From NCBI GenBank assembly GCA_009859145.1, contig VRVR01000037.1, positions 76,892 to 140,891 on the forward strand: a stretch of DNA of 64,000 nucleotides. Reading direction: 5' to 3'. A program made the translations under genes and the position numbers. Positions 51,689 through 61,787 of this stretch are shown here, one piece after another; the stretch's first letter is position 1; every line of letters starts with the position of its first letter. Under the pieces are notes generated by a model. That model did not search any database and had not been told where the DNA came from. It saw nothing but the letters and a program-made list of their open reading frames with translations. The DNA comes from Andalucia godoyi And28 (Eukaryota > Protista > Jakobida).

Positions 51689-51900
51689 TTCCCAATCTCG
51701 ATTCATCGGTGAGCCACTTTCTCAGCGCGACACGTTGTTCCTGAGAAGGGTGCATTTTGATTCTGACGGCCCTAGCAGCAGGCGTAGTGACACGTGGTCT
51801 CTTAGGAGGTCTGCGGGACCTAGGAGGCCCTGTATCGAGCGGCGTAGGCGCAGGCGAATGCGTCATCCCAGCGCACTCACGCCCATATTTGAATTATAAA
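51553..51900 (-). mobile_element. Internally deleted Fanzor/TnpB (Fanzor2/IS607-TnpB-like) remnant; ends approximate
   Basis: ATG 51866 leads to RAVRIKMHPSQEQRVALRKWL (51773-51711), an OrfB/TnpB N-terminal HTH motif. It is immediately followed by M-N-R-D-W-(+1 G at 51691)-N-G-A-R-N-I-Y-L-K-N (51706-51661), the RuvC-III DRDxNGARNI motif, then TGA at 51624-51622. More than 1 kb of the nuclease (WED/RuvC-I/II/Zn finger) is missing. Confidence 0.8.
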
Positions 51901-52268
51901 AGTGGACCCAAAAAACCAAACCAACGAATGATAGAATAGATGGCTATGGATGCTGCCTTAAAGAGTATTGAAAATGCAGAGCCTGTGTCGCAAGCTGAAT
52001 TTTGGCCGAGCGTGTGTAAGCACGAATTCCTTGTGAACCAAACGTGCTAGTGTCGGCCAGTATTGACCGTGTCTGTTTCGTCATTTATTCAACGGCTGAC
52101 ACCGACTTCTATATGGGCGATCGTGCCTTGGTATCTATTCTGCACCCGTTGCTGAATTTTTTCTCTTTCCCAATTAATTACACTCTTTTCACCTGTCACA
52201 TTATTTTTACGTTAATTTAATTTTTTTTTAATAAACACGAGAATCCGGGGAGAAATCAAAAGCAGATC

Positions 52269-53909
52269 ATGTCGTTGGCTGCAACCACAACTTCTGGATC
52301 TCATGGCCGTGTTTTGCGGAAGCGGTCTTCGGGTCCAGCAGACTCTTTAGCAGATCGTTTGGACAAGATGTTGCAGCCGAATGTTGGCGGTGGAGGATCT
52401 GTTTCGCCGGCTTCCCCAAACTCTGTTTCTCCCTTTTCCTCCCCTCAAGCAGGAGCCTCGAAACAGTCTCCAATCCGCCCGAACACCTCCTCCAAGTCCC
52501 CTCGGCCTGGAACGACAACCTCTGTGTGTGGCGGTGGCAATGTCCTCGGAACTGGAATGGGCAGTGAGTACTATGAAGAAAAGTACCGGAATTTGAGCTC
52601 TGAGAATGAATCGCTCAAGAATGAACTTGCTCGAACCCAAGAAGCATTGCAGCTGCGCCAGACAACGTATGCGCGGAAAGAGACTCGAATGGCGAAAGAA
52701 ATTGCAACGCTAAAGGAGCAGTTGGATGCTTTGGTGTTGTCACGGACGGATACTGCGGACCAGATGCGTGTTCTTCGCGATATGAACGCGACGATCCAGG
52801 TGGGAATCGACTCGATGCAGGACAAAACTCAGTCTGCGTTGCAGGCGCATGAAGATGAGCTTAAACGGTCGTTCCGTGCGCAGCTGCATGAAGTGGAGAA
52901 GCAGCTTAGCGAAGAACGACAGAGGCACATGGACGGTGCTGCACAGTATCTGGAGCAAATAGCACAACTTAAAGGCGAACTTGCATGGATGAAAGAAGAA
53001 GCAACTCGGCTCGATGCTGGAAACCAAAAGTACAGACAAGAATCGCAGCATTTAAGAGTCCAGTATCGGGCGCAGGAAGACGACCGAACGACGCTCATCA
53101 AGCAGATTGCAGTCGTCAAGATGGAAAATGCACGGCTTCGGGATGAACTTGCAAAGTCGGTTCTCCTTTCTGCGTCCGCGGCCGACGGTGCGGCAAACAA
53201 TAACAATAGCAGTAACATTGGCTTGGGAGGGAGCGGGAAATCCGTGTATAATGGTAATGGTGGTGCCGGTGCCGATAATGTATCTGTGGTATCAAAGTCG
53301 CATGATGCAACCTCGTTTATTTCTCCGTTTGCAATTTCGACGCCAAGAGGCTCAACGATGCTTGCGTCGACTGGAATGGCCGAGACTGTGGTTGAACAGG
53401 CACAGCTTGCCGATATGCACAAGCGATATGAAGACACAGTGAAGCGTATGCGACGTCTTTTGGAAACTGAGCGTGCGCATCTCCGGCAGGTTCGATCGGC
53501 ACATGTTGCACTGCTGGCAGAGCGCACTGAATTGGAAGGGTTTTTGCGACAATGCATCGAGGATGTTCGTGGCGAGCTTGCACAGGCACTTAAGAACACA
53601 AGTCAAGACGGATCGCACTCGCCAACAATTCCGCCTATTACTAAACCAGCAGATCGACAAAAGGTTGTTGAAACCCTTCTTGCGAAAGAACGGGTTTTGG
53701 CGCTGCTTTATGACAAGAGTTTCCCGACGAAGAAGCAGGTTGTTACCAGACTGCCCGCAATGGTCTCGTCGCAGGAATGGAGCCACGATACAAGAGCGAC
53801 AAACACGATCGACGACATGAGCATGCGAGGCGGAAAATTGCCCGTGGAAGAAGCGGTTCTTGCCAGACTAAAGGCGTTTGTCGAGGAAGAGGAAGAAGAC
53901 CAAGACTAA
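52269..53909 (+). CDS. Coiled-coil protein, 546 aa, possibly a basal body/ciliary family (BBOF1/CCDC176-like C-terminal motif)
   Basis: Long heptad-rich helices; the C-terminal RTELEGFLRQCIEDVRGEL...ERVLALLYDKSFP resembles motifs of ciliary coiled-coil proteins (family tentative). Confidence 0.75.
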   Translation: MSLAATTTSGSHGRVLRKRSSGPADSLADRLDKMLQPNVGGGGSVSPASPNSVSPFSSPQAGASKQSPIRPNTSSKSPRPGTTTSVCGGGNVLGTGMGSEYYEEKYRNLSSENESLKNELARTQEALQLRQTTYARKETRMAKEIATLKEQLDALVLSRTDTADQMRVLRDMNATIQVGIDSMQDKTQSALQAHEDELKRSFRAQLHEVEKQLSEERQRHMDGAAQYLEQIAQLKGELAWMKEEATRLDAGNQKYRQESQHLRVQYRAQEDDRTTLIKQIAVVKMENARLRDELAKSVLLSASAADGAANNNNSSNIGLGGSGKSVYNGNGGAGADNVSVVSKSHDATSFISPFAISTPRGSTMLASTGMAETVVEQAQLADMHKRYEDTVKRMRRLLETERAHLRQVRSAHVALLAERTELEGFLRQCIEDVRGELAQALKNTSQDGSHSPTIPPITKPADRQKVVETLLAKERVLALLYDKSFPTKKQVVTRLPAMVSSQEWSHDTRATNTIDDMSMRGGKLPVEEAVLARLKAFVEEEEEDQD

Positions 53910-54302
53910 GAGGAAAGATTTTGTTTTTGTTATTAGGACTCTGGAAAGATTAATGGCTGCATATTGTGTTTTACTGTGCTGTATTGTATTGTATTGTATC
54001 ATATCATTATCATTATCATTATTATTTTTTAATTGCCTTCGGTGTTTTGGAACCATTTTGGAGGCACCGTCTGCTGTAAAAAGAGCTGACCGTTAAAAAA
54101 AGATGCTTCGTATTGGAGAAAAAACGCCGTCCGAAAAGAAAGGGCTCACCAAAACAAAAAACCAAAAAGGTGGTTCGCTTAATTTCAAAACTGATTCACA
54201 GGCATTTTTGCACATCCTTCATACTTTTGTCGTTTAATTTGTTTGTTGTTCCCTTTCGAAATCAAAAACAAAAAAACAAAAAAAAAGCGCGGCTGAAGGA
54301 AC

Positions 54303-55361
54303 ATGGAGACGGAACGTATGGAAGGATACACTGTTCTTCAGGCACTGGGAAAAGGGACCTTCGGAACAGTGTACAAAGTCCAGCGGGTTGCAGATGGACG
54401 AGTGTTTGCAGCAAAAGCCGTTGCATATGGATCGATGTCAGACAAGGAAAAGCAGATGCTGGTGAGTGAGGTGAACATCCTTCGAGAATTTCGACATCCC
54501 AACATTGTGCGGTATTACGACCGCATTATCGATCGTGAGCGAAAGATAATCTATATTGTGATGGAGTTTTGCGAGAACGGCGACTTGGGTGCATACATCA
54601 AAAAGACCAAGAAAGAAGGCGGCTACATTGCTGAAGAGGTGATCTGGAGAGTCTTTTCACAGATTCTTCTTGCGCTGAAGGAATGCCACGGAAAAGAGGA
54701 CTCGAATGTCATTCTGCACCGCGATTTGAAGCCTGCCAACATCTTTTTGGACGGGCAGAGAAATGTGAAGCTTGGGGATTTTGGCCTTGCTCGCATTCTC
54801 AGCAAGTCTTCGATGTATGCACACACAAATGTAGGAACTCCTTATTATATGAGTCCCGAACAAGTGAATGACAGAGCCTACAACGAAAAGAGTGACATCT
54901 GGTCTCTTGGTTGCCTCATCTACGAGATTGCCGTACTTGCGCCGCCTTTTGAGGCATCGAATCAGATTGCACTAGCAATGAGAATCCGTGCTGGCACATT
55001 CCGCGATCTCCCCAGCACGCGATACTCTGCAGAACTCAACAAGGTGGTTCGATCTATGCTTCAGGTCGAGCAGCACAAGCGGCCCGTTGTCGACGACTTG
55101 TTGCAGAATGCACAAATCCAGCTGTATCTCCGAGAAAGAAAAATCAGTGACCGCTTCCTCGCACTCAAGAAGAAGGAGGAAGAGCTGGATGCACGAGAAC
55201 AAAGTCTAAATAGCAGAGAACAGGAAATTGCCAAACGCGAAAAGGTTCTCGGAATTGTCTCTGCTCCTTTGGCGCCACGTGATACAAACATCCCAGTCAC
55301 GGCGTCTTTTGACAAGCTTAACATCGACGCTGGGAAGGAAAACGCAGTTCTCTCCATGTGA
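54303..55361 (+). CDS. NEK2: NIMA-related Ser/Thr kinase (NEK2-like), 352 aa
   Basis: LGKGTFGTV, LVSEVNILREFRHPNIVRYYDRIID, ILHRDLKPANIFLD, KLGDFGLAR, VGTPYYMSPEQ, and a C-terminal coiled coil. Confidence 0.92.
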   Translation: METERMEGYTVLQALGKGTFGTVYKVQRVADGRVFAAKAVAYGSMSDKEKQMLVSEVNILREFRHPNIVRYYDRIIDRERKIIYIVMEFCENGDLGAYIKKTKKEGGYIAEEVIWRVFSQILLALKECHGKEDSNVILHRDLKPANIFLDGQRNVKLGDFGLARILSKSSMYAHTNVGTPYYMSPEQVNDRAYNEKSDIWSLGCLIYEIAVLAPPFEASNQIALAMRIRAGTFRDLPSTRYSAELNKVVRSMLQVEQHKRPVVDDLLQNAQIQLYLRERKISDRFLALKKKEEELDAREQSLNSREQEIAKREKVLGIVSAPLAPRDTNIPVTASFDKLNIDAGKENAVLSM

Positions 55362-55643
55362 CGGAAACCCTCCGATGAAGAACCGTAAGAAGAAACACTG
55401 ACCACTTCCTATCATCTTCCTCGTCCCACATCGGGGAAGAAGAAGAAGAAAAGTACATATTAAACAATTCTTGTCTGCATGAATCTGCGAAGTCTTGGGC
55501 GATTTGTTTGTTATCTTCTTCTATAAGATATTCTTCACACACAAAGAAAGAGAGAAAGGGAAGAAAGTACTGATTTAATGATTGCCTTCTGCACGATGCC
55601 AGGCCAAAAACAAAAAACAAAAACATAAATTAAGGGTGTAACG

Positions 55644-56597
55644 TTATGTTTTTTTGAATGGACTGCGGATTTGCGGAGAGCACGGGGCGCATCGTTCAAG
55701 CACTGGTATAATGTTGGCCAGTGACGGTACCCCTCGTGGAAACTCTGTTCCACCCGAATGCTCGTGAATAAATGTTTCTGAAAACTTTTCGAGCGCTGCA
55801 AATGAGGTGTCCGTGCACTCAAGGGTCCCCGAGACGCACAGCAGTGCCGAAACGAGGCCGACGACCGAACCGAGATCCTTCCAGCTGCGCCGTGGACCAC
55901 CGGGAACCGATTGGATCGTGTCGCTCAGCGAACTGGAACCTGAAAAGAGTCTGAGCAGGTCTAGAATCTCGGCCCACAGCCAAACAGGCTCACGCTGCAT
56001 GTGAACTCGGGCGAAAGCACCTCGCATAATGACGGAGACAGGAGGGAAATAAATACGCGCTTTTGTAAACCGATTCACATGGGCAAATGATCGGTTCAGA
56101 AATCGATAACAAGGAAGAAACCGGTAATAAGCGACAAGAAGCAGGTCAAGCCGCGTAGACCCAGGAGCCAGTTCGGCGAGGTCTGGGATTCTGAAATACG
56201 TCACGATGATACTCGGCATAAAGTCATCCAACAACTTCAACGCAAGCGCATCCATAAACGAACCGGAATCACAGCCTTGGGCTAAGTGCGCATAGTCGAA
56301 CACAAGATTGTACACCATGCGCACTGACTCGGCAACGGAAGATTTGACAGCCCAGTGTTCCACTTCATGGCGAGATATTCTTGCTCTTGTAACTTCCAAC
56401 AGATACACCATAAACTGGTTCACTGCGTTTCGTGCGTCCTCTGCAGATTCAACGACTCCAATCGCAGGAACTTCCCGCACAAACTCGCCTTCTTCTGTCC
56501 GCAAAAGTGGAGGTGGGATCGACGAGTGCTCGCTGCAGTCCACTGAATCCGATTCTTCTGGAGAATCCATATCCGCATCTTCTCGACTTCGTTTCAT
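55644..56597 (-). CDS. Hypothetical protein with a single cullin-repeat-like segment (CACUL1-like)
   Basis: First ATG at 56597. VRMVYNLVFDYA and LLVAYYRFLPCYRFLNRSFAHVNRF resemble cullin repeat-1 helices (YxxVYNxC; L..F.YLNR). No cullin-homology or neddylation domain. Confidence 0.6.
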   Translation of the reverse strand: MKRSREDADMDSPEESDSVDCSEHSSIPPPLLRTEEGEFVREVPAIGVVESAEDARNAVNQFMVYLLEVTRARISRHEVEHWAVKSSVAESVRMVYNLVFDYAHLAQGCDSGSFMDALALKLLDDFMPSIIVTYFRIPDLAELAPGSTRLDLLLVAYYRFLPCYRFLNRSFAHVNRFTKARIYFPPVSVIMRGAFARVHMQREPVWLWAEILDLLRLFSGSSSLSDTIQSVPGGPRRSWKDLGSVVGLVSALLCVSGTLECTDTSFAALEKFSETFIHEHSGGTEFPRGVPSLANIIPVLERCAPCSPQIRSPFKKT

Positions 56598-57041
56598 CAC
56601 TCGTTCTTTATGCCTTCGTGTTCTTTTCTCTTTCCGTTTCTTTGTGTTTTCTCCCGGCCCCTAAGCAGCATGTCAGTGACGCAGTGTGCCACTCGCAAAA
56701 CACTCAACACGAACACGAACAACAGACACACATACGCATACGCATACGCGCCCACACGAACCCACAAGCACGCACCCTTTCCCAGGCGCAGACCGTGGTA
56801 AACTGCGGACTCCCTGCCGGACTTTCCTGTGCCGGATTTATCGATTATGGAAACACGCATCAAAAGGCTCAAAAAAAGCATGTAAAAAACGAGCGAAGAT
56901 ATGGCACATTTTTGACGAATTTCTCCTTCTTTTTACTTTGTTAAAAAAAATTGTCTCTGGGTGTCGTCGACTTCTCCTTCTTGTTCGCTTGAGAAAGTTG
57001 TTGCCTATCCAGATAAGAAACGTGTGCGGATTGAAACAGAG

Positions 57042-58757
57042 ATGAGGTGTCACTACGAAGTCCTTGGCGTTGCGCGCGATGCAGATGACGATGATTTGAA
57101 AAGGGCGTATCGGAAGCTTGCACTGCAATGGCATCCAGACAAACATGCAGGGACTCCTGAATCGGTGCGTGAAGCAGAGGGTCGGTTCAAAGAAATCCAA
57201 GCAGCGTATGAAGTTCTGCGAGATGCGAACGAAAGAAGATGGTATGATGCACACCGCGAAAGCATTTTGCGAGGAAAGGCGGCTCGGCACGGAGGTGGTG
57301 GCGATGATGATGATGACGATTATGAAGAAGATCCATTCATTGACCTTTGGCCGTTCTTCTCAACGTCGTGTTTCAAGGACGACAAGGACTTTGTCCGAGT
57401 GTACGACGAAGTGTTTTCAAAAATTAGTGACGCTGAAGAAAAGAAGCATTCGCCGTTCTTCGGAGACGAAGCGCGGCTCGGTGAATTTTACGAGAAATGG
57501 ACGAATTTCGTGTCTTCCCGATCGTTTGCATGGGCGGAAAAGTACAATTTGAACGAAGCTCCGAATAGAATGTATCGGCGCGCAATGGAAAAGGAAAACA
57601 AGAAAGCGAGGGATGCTGCGCGAAAGGAATTCCAGGAACGTGTGCGGCAATTGGCAACGTTTGTGAAGAAGCTCGATAAGCGCTGGGCCAGGTTCCAAGA
57701 AGCGCTGCGCAAAAAGGAAGCAGAGAAAAAGGAACAGGAAAAGAAGAATGCAGAAGATGTCAAGATTCGCAGAAGAAAGGTCTTTCAGGAATATGTTGTG
57801 GCAGAAGATGTCGAGGAGCACATGCAGGAAGCGGAACGGCAATCCGAGATCCTCGATGAGTATTTCGAGAATCTGTCTGTGAAGGGGAAGGGCAAGAACA
57901 GCAAGAAACGACAAGCAAAGAACCCCAAGAAAATGCAGTATGTAGAAGAGGAAGAGGCAGACGCGGAGGAGCAGGAGCTTGATACTGAGCAGCAGCAAGA
58001 ACCGGCGGAACCGGATTGCTCAATAGATGCGAAAGCTGATGACGGTGAGCAAGAGGAAGAGGAAGAGGAAGAGGAAGAGGAGGTACTGAGTCTTGACTTG
58101 TCGAATTTTCGAAAGCCTCGAAATGGTGCGTTTGATGCTTCGTCGGGAATCTCCAGCAACGCTGCGAAGAGCCCAGATGCAGTATTGGAGAAGCACAGTG
58201 CAAAGACTGCGCACAGAGGAGATGCTGACGATGGCGGTGGCGACGACGATGTCGGCGATGGCGATGGTGATGGTGATGGTGATCAGCCGCCTGATGATAC
58301 CGGCGACGATGATACCCTTGGAGCTTCGGGGTCGAGGAAAAAGTCTGTTGTCTTTTGTGATGTATGCAAAAAGAAGTTCTTGACGGACAAGGAATTCGAG
58401 GGTCATACAAAGACAAAGAAGCACTTGCATAATGCGAAGAAGTCCGCGGCTTCGTCTGCCAAGGTAGATGCTTCAGCAGCCGCACCTGCAGCCAAAGAGA
58501 GGAAGCAGCCCGTCCCAAAAAAAACTGTTATTCCGGCACCAGATTCTGCCGAAGAGTCATCAGAAGAAGAGGTAGTGGTAGTGGAGTCGCAATCTTCAAT
58601 GGGAAGGAAAGCGAGAAGGAAAGAAAAGGACACGTCCGTGAAGTGCAATCGATGCGGAGAGCAATTTGAATCAAAAAACAAACTCTTTCAACATATTGAA
58701 GAAACAGGTCATGCCCTTCACGTGGAACCGGCTCAGTCAGGAAAGCGAAAGAAGTAA
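57042..58757 (+). CDS. DNAJC21: DnaJ/Jjj1 co-chaperone with two C2H2 zinc fingers
   Basis: ATG 57042: [10 protein letters not shown]...[58 protein letters not shown]. Zinc fingers CDVC...H...H and CNRC...H...H. Confidence 0.93.
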   Translation: MRCHYEVLGVARDADDDDLKRAYRKLALQWHPDKHAGTPESVREAEGRFKEIQAAYEVLRDANERRWYDAHRESILRGKAARHGGGGDDDDDDYEEDPFIDLWPFFSTSCFKDDKDFVRVYDEVFSKISDAEEKKHSPFFGDEARLGEFYEKWTNFVSSRSFAWAEKYNLNEAPNRMYRRAMEKENKKARDAARKEFQERVRQLATFVKKLDKRWARFQEALRKKEAEKKEQEKKNAEDVKIRRRKVFQEYVVAEDVEEHMQEAERQSEILDEYFENLSVKGKGKNSKKRQAKNPKKMQYVEEEEADAEEQELDTEQQQEPAEPDCSIDAKADDGEQEEEEEEEEEEVLSLDLSNFRKPRNGAFDASSGISSNAAKSPDAVLEKHSAKTAHRGDADDGGGDDDVGDGDGDGDGDQPPDDTGDDDTLGASGSRKKSVVFCDVCKKKFLTDKEFEGHTKTKKHLHNAKKSAASSAKVDASAAAPAAKERKQPVPKKTVIPAPDSAEESSEEEVVVVESQSSMGRKARRKEKDTSVKCNRCGEQFESKNKLFQHIEETGHALHVEPAQSGKRKK

Positions 58758-59060
58758 ACAGTATCATGCCTGGCACGCAAGTTTAATGCACCACCATACT
58801 GGTGTCTACCATTCCCCTCGATGAAGACTATAGGTAACTCGGCTCTCAGAGCTCCCAAATTTCTACGCACACTCTGGCAATGGCTGTAGTGGACGAGCTG
58901 GCCGCCGCACCTCGGTTGTCGAAATTCTCGTCGTTTTCTTTTGTTGTCATTCCCTGCGTTGTGCTTGTTGTTGTCGCTGCTACTACTACTACCACGACTA
59001 CTACTACCACTACTACTACCACTATTATTCAGAGAATACAGCATATCAAAAGGATAGGGA

Positions 59061-59240
59061 ATGACGTTGAATGTTGTTCAAAAGATTGAATGGTCTTTGG
59101 CGGTTGACCGCTGTTCATGGACGTTTGTAGTTGGAGACGATGCCTCACAGAGAATATCGTTTGTCACTGACAAGCAAGAGCTGGAAATGCTCTATCATGC
59201 TCTTGAGAAGATTCAAGAACAAGTCGATTCTCTTTCATAA
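59061..59240 (+). CDS. Small COMM-domain ORF (COMMD10-like C-terminus), 59 aa; an upstream exon is possible
   Basis: MTLNVVQKIEWSLAVD...ISFVTDKQELEMLYHALEKIQEQVDSLS* matches the COMM pattern W-x-L...F-x-x-x-E-L..LY..LE.IQ.Q.DSL. It is below the ORF-track size cutoff and is preceded by an AG (TAG 59055-59057). Confidence 0.55.
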   Translation: MTLNVVQKIEWSLAVDRCSWTFVVGDDASQRISFVTDKQELEMLYHALEKIQEQVDSLS

Positions 59241-59465
59241 GATATCCCCACTGCCATGCTCTGCTGTGGTGTCCCATTCGACTTCCAAAATTTGCGCCTT
59301 TGCAATGCTTCCCATCTTGTTGGTTTTTCCGGTTTTTTTTAATTAATTTTTTTTGGTTTTTTTAAAATAATGATGATTAAAATTAAAATAATTCATAATA
59401 AGTCAGTAATAAATTAAGATAATTTCTCGTGATCAACCTGTCGCTGTTGATTGAAGTTACTTGAT

Positions 59466-61229
59466 CTAAGCAGGGACGCAGGGGCATAGACGAGCGGTGT
59501 CTGCATGCCTGCCATCGCAAGTGGAGACCATTTCGGTAACGAGGCACCAGCCATTGTACTTGTTGGAAACGGACGGCACATAGTTTGGAATATCCGGGCC
59601 CCATTCCTTGCTGCATCCCTTCTCACACGGGAAATACTTTTTCAGTTCGCTGCAGTAATTCAAGAATTCCAGTTCAGAGTCTGCGCATGCCAGGCTTTGC
59701 TTTTTGCAGACAAGATCGCAAGATTCCCCCATCGCGCCAATACGGAGTTTGGAATCCTTGCGCGGAGATATTCGGAATGGAGATCCGTCAGGAAACAAAT
59801 CACAGCGCTTTTGGTCCACAAGCAGCACGGTTGAACCGGGAGAAGCTTTGGGTCGCAAAGGAATCATGCTGTGGAAATGCGAGCGCGCATAGTCATAAAT
59901 ATTGTATCTGTGTTGCAAGATGGAATACGACTGCCGAGTGTACAGCTCGACCTTGACAGAAGCATCGTTTTCAAGGCCACGTTCCAAGAGAGCTTTCGAT
60001 TCCTCGAGATATGTCTCATAGTGCAAATAATCTAGATCCCCAAAATCGGCAAATTCCTTGGAATCGTAGAAAGCGACTCGAGACAAGAACTTGCGGTACT
60101 CTGCTGAACTGACATGGGCACCCTCTTCCCCAATATTAAAGTTACGGGAGACTTCAGGGATGATGCACGATCTGCCTTGATGTTGTGCATCCGCCCGCAT
60201 CCAGTGATCCCAATGATTTCGAGGCCATTTTGAAGTTAATTCTGCCCACAAGTTCCTGTGCAACATCCAGCCAAGACCCGGGAAGAAGTCGGTTCGCATA
60301 AGACGATCGGATCGCAAATCAAAGACATCGCCAAATCCATTATCATTCCACGACGAAACACACCATGCCCTCTCTTCTTCGTCAAGAAGAAATGGAGCCG
60401 CGATGTCAAACAAATGCAAAACGTCGTGTGACAGAACTAGATCGTCCTCCACCATAATCGCATAATCGTAGCGATCATCCAATTCAGGATCGAAGAAGCT
60501 ACTGTCCAAGATCCGTTTGTAATGAGCTGCGAGGAATTCCGTCCCAGATGATGCCCATGCCGGTCTGTCTGTGTGCTGAACGTGCGATACATCAAGACCC
60601 AGTCCCCGCTGGGAAGCCACGAATTCTCGCGCAAACCTGCCCACACTCGCATCTGTCCCGTCTTGTGAGATGACGATGGAAAAATCCTCTATTCCAGGGA
60701 TAGAAATGAGAGCATTCAGCGTTTTCTCCAAATAGGGAACCCGGTTGTAGCACAGGACAATGATCACCGTATTTTGGCCAATGTTCGCATAATACGATCC
60801 AGAACTGCTTTTGGTATTCCTCTTCCTTGGAGATTTCTTATTCTGTGGATGTACGCGCTTTTCCGCACTGTTCGACAATGGATCATTCCTTTGCTGAGAC
60901 TCTGAATACGCAGCGAGAACCTTGTCAGACGCTTCCAGGGTCGCTTGCACAGAAGACAGTGTCTCTCTGACCGATTGCATAAATACATCAAGTCTGTTCA
61001 GCAAAGTATTCAGTGAAGCTATGTTCTGCGGGTTGGTTTGGCCCTTTTTTGGTCGGAAGACAGTCTTCTTCGTGGCCATCGAAGACGCATCATGAGCCGG
61101 CTCTAGAAAAATGGACAGTGCATCATGCTGAACAATCCAAAGAGCAAGAAGAGCGTATACAACTATAACAGCCAATAGCCAGGAGGGAAGGCGTCTATTC
61201 GACCTTGGAACTCTTGGAGCCGGTTCCAT
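59466..61229 (-). CDS. MGAT1: Alpha-1,3-mannosyl-glycoprotein beta-1,2-N-acetylglucosaminyltransferase (GnT-I, GT13) with a Cys-rich C-terminal extension
   Basis: ATG 61229 and a type II TM anchor. CYNRVPYL, ISQDG, AHYK, VEDDL, CVSSWNDNG, RTDFFPGLGWML, WDHWMR, RSCIIPEVSRNFNIG. Confidence 0.88.
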   Translation of the reverse strand: MEPAPRVPRSNRRLPSWLLAVIVVYALLALWIVQHDALSIFLEPAHDASSMATKKTVFRPKKGQTNPQNIASLNTLLNRLDVFMQSVRETLSSVQATLEASDKVLAAYSESQQRNDPLSNSAEKRVHPQNKKSPRKRNTKSSSGSYYANIGQNTVIIVLCYNRVPYLEKTLNALISIPGIEDFSIVISQDGTDASVGRFAREFVASQRGLGLDVSHVQHTDRPAWASSGTEFLAAHYKRILDSSFFDPELDDRYDYAIMVEDDLVLSHDVLHLFDIAAPFLLDEEERAWCVSSWNDNGFGDVFDLRSDRLMRTDFFPGLGWMLHRNLWAELTSKWPRNHWDHWMRADAQHQGRSCIIPEVSRNFNIGEEGAHVSSAEYRKFLSRVAFYDSKEFADFGDLDYLHYETYLEESKALLERGLENDASVKVELYTRQSYSILQHRYNIYDYARSHFHSMIPLRPKASPGSTVLLVDQKRCDLFPDGSPFRISPRKDSKLRIGAMGESCDLVCKKQSLACADSELEFLNYCSELKKYFPCEKGCSKEWGPDIPNYVPSVSNKYNGWCLVTEMVSTCDGRHADTARLCPCVPA

Positions 61230-61443
61230 TGGACGACAATCCGGATTTCTGAAACCCAAAATCAAAGGGAGAAGAAGAGGAAAAAGAAAAAGAAAATACT
61301 CTCAAGTATTTTATCGTTCCACTTGGGTAGACTACAGTACACCACATTTGTGCATCAATGCTGAACATCAAACAAAAAACAACATCAAACCGGAAGTAGA
61401 TATGTTTTTTCGAACCCTTTTTGGGGACGCGATGTGTTTTCCC

Positions 61444-61763
61444 ACCGTAATCCAGTCTAGAAGGGTCCTTATTCTTCTATTGTTCTCTGTTTGCTTTTTT
61501 TATAATCGAACCCTCAAGCAGCACCTTTCATCAAAGGCAAAGCATCTCATGGCTCCAAAGGGGGATCTTCCGACAGGCTCAAACCGACCACATTCTGTTT
61601 CCCCCAACGGTCATTTTTGAGTGTTGAATCGCTTGGGGAATATGCTGGTTGCGATGACCCTTTGATGTCAAGCAATCTGCATTGAAGAGGTGGTGCTCGC
61701 CCCCCAATTAAAGAAGCAAAAAACACGTGGCTTGGCTCTGTCCTCGGTGACAAGCTAGCCGAT
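61444..61763 (+). repeat. Dispersed degenerate repeat, copy B (internally deleted relative to copy A)
   Basis: Aligns with the reverse complement of 38591-39111 but lacks ~191 bp; it keeps one copy of the TGGTC(G/A)GT microhomology. Confidence 0.85.
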
Positions 61764-61787
61764 AATGATCAATAGGTGGCGGTGTTT

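Noticed and set aside
51460-52070. Terminal inverted repeats or TSD for the Fanzor remnant (TACTGG at ~51466 and CCAGTA near 52060)
   Set aside because: Only a 6-bp match, expected by chance; no longer TIR or clear target duplication was seen, so the ends remain approximate.
52050-52102. 9-bp hairpin GTGTCGGCC/GGCTGACAC, considered as an H/ACA snoRNA or element left-end hairpin
   Set aside because: No correctly placed ACA box and a single stem only; it cannot be tied to the element without other copies.
22463-55361. Apparent clustering of ciliary/cytoskeletal genes (CFAP20, ARMC4, SPR2-like, NEK2, coiled-coil protein)
   Set aside because: They are interspersed with unrelated housekeeping genes on both strands, as expected by chance in a gene-dense flagellate genome.
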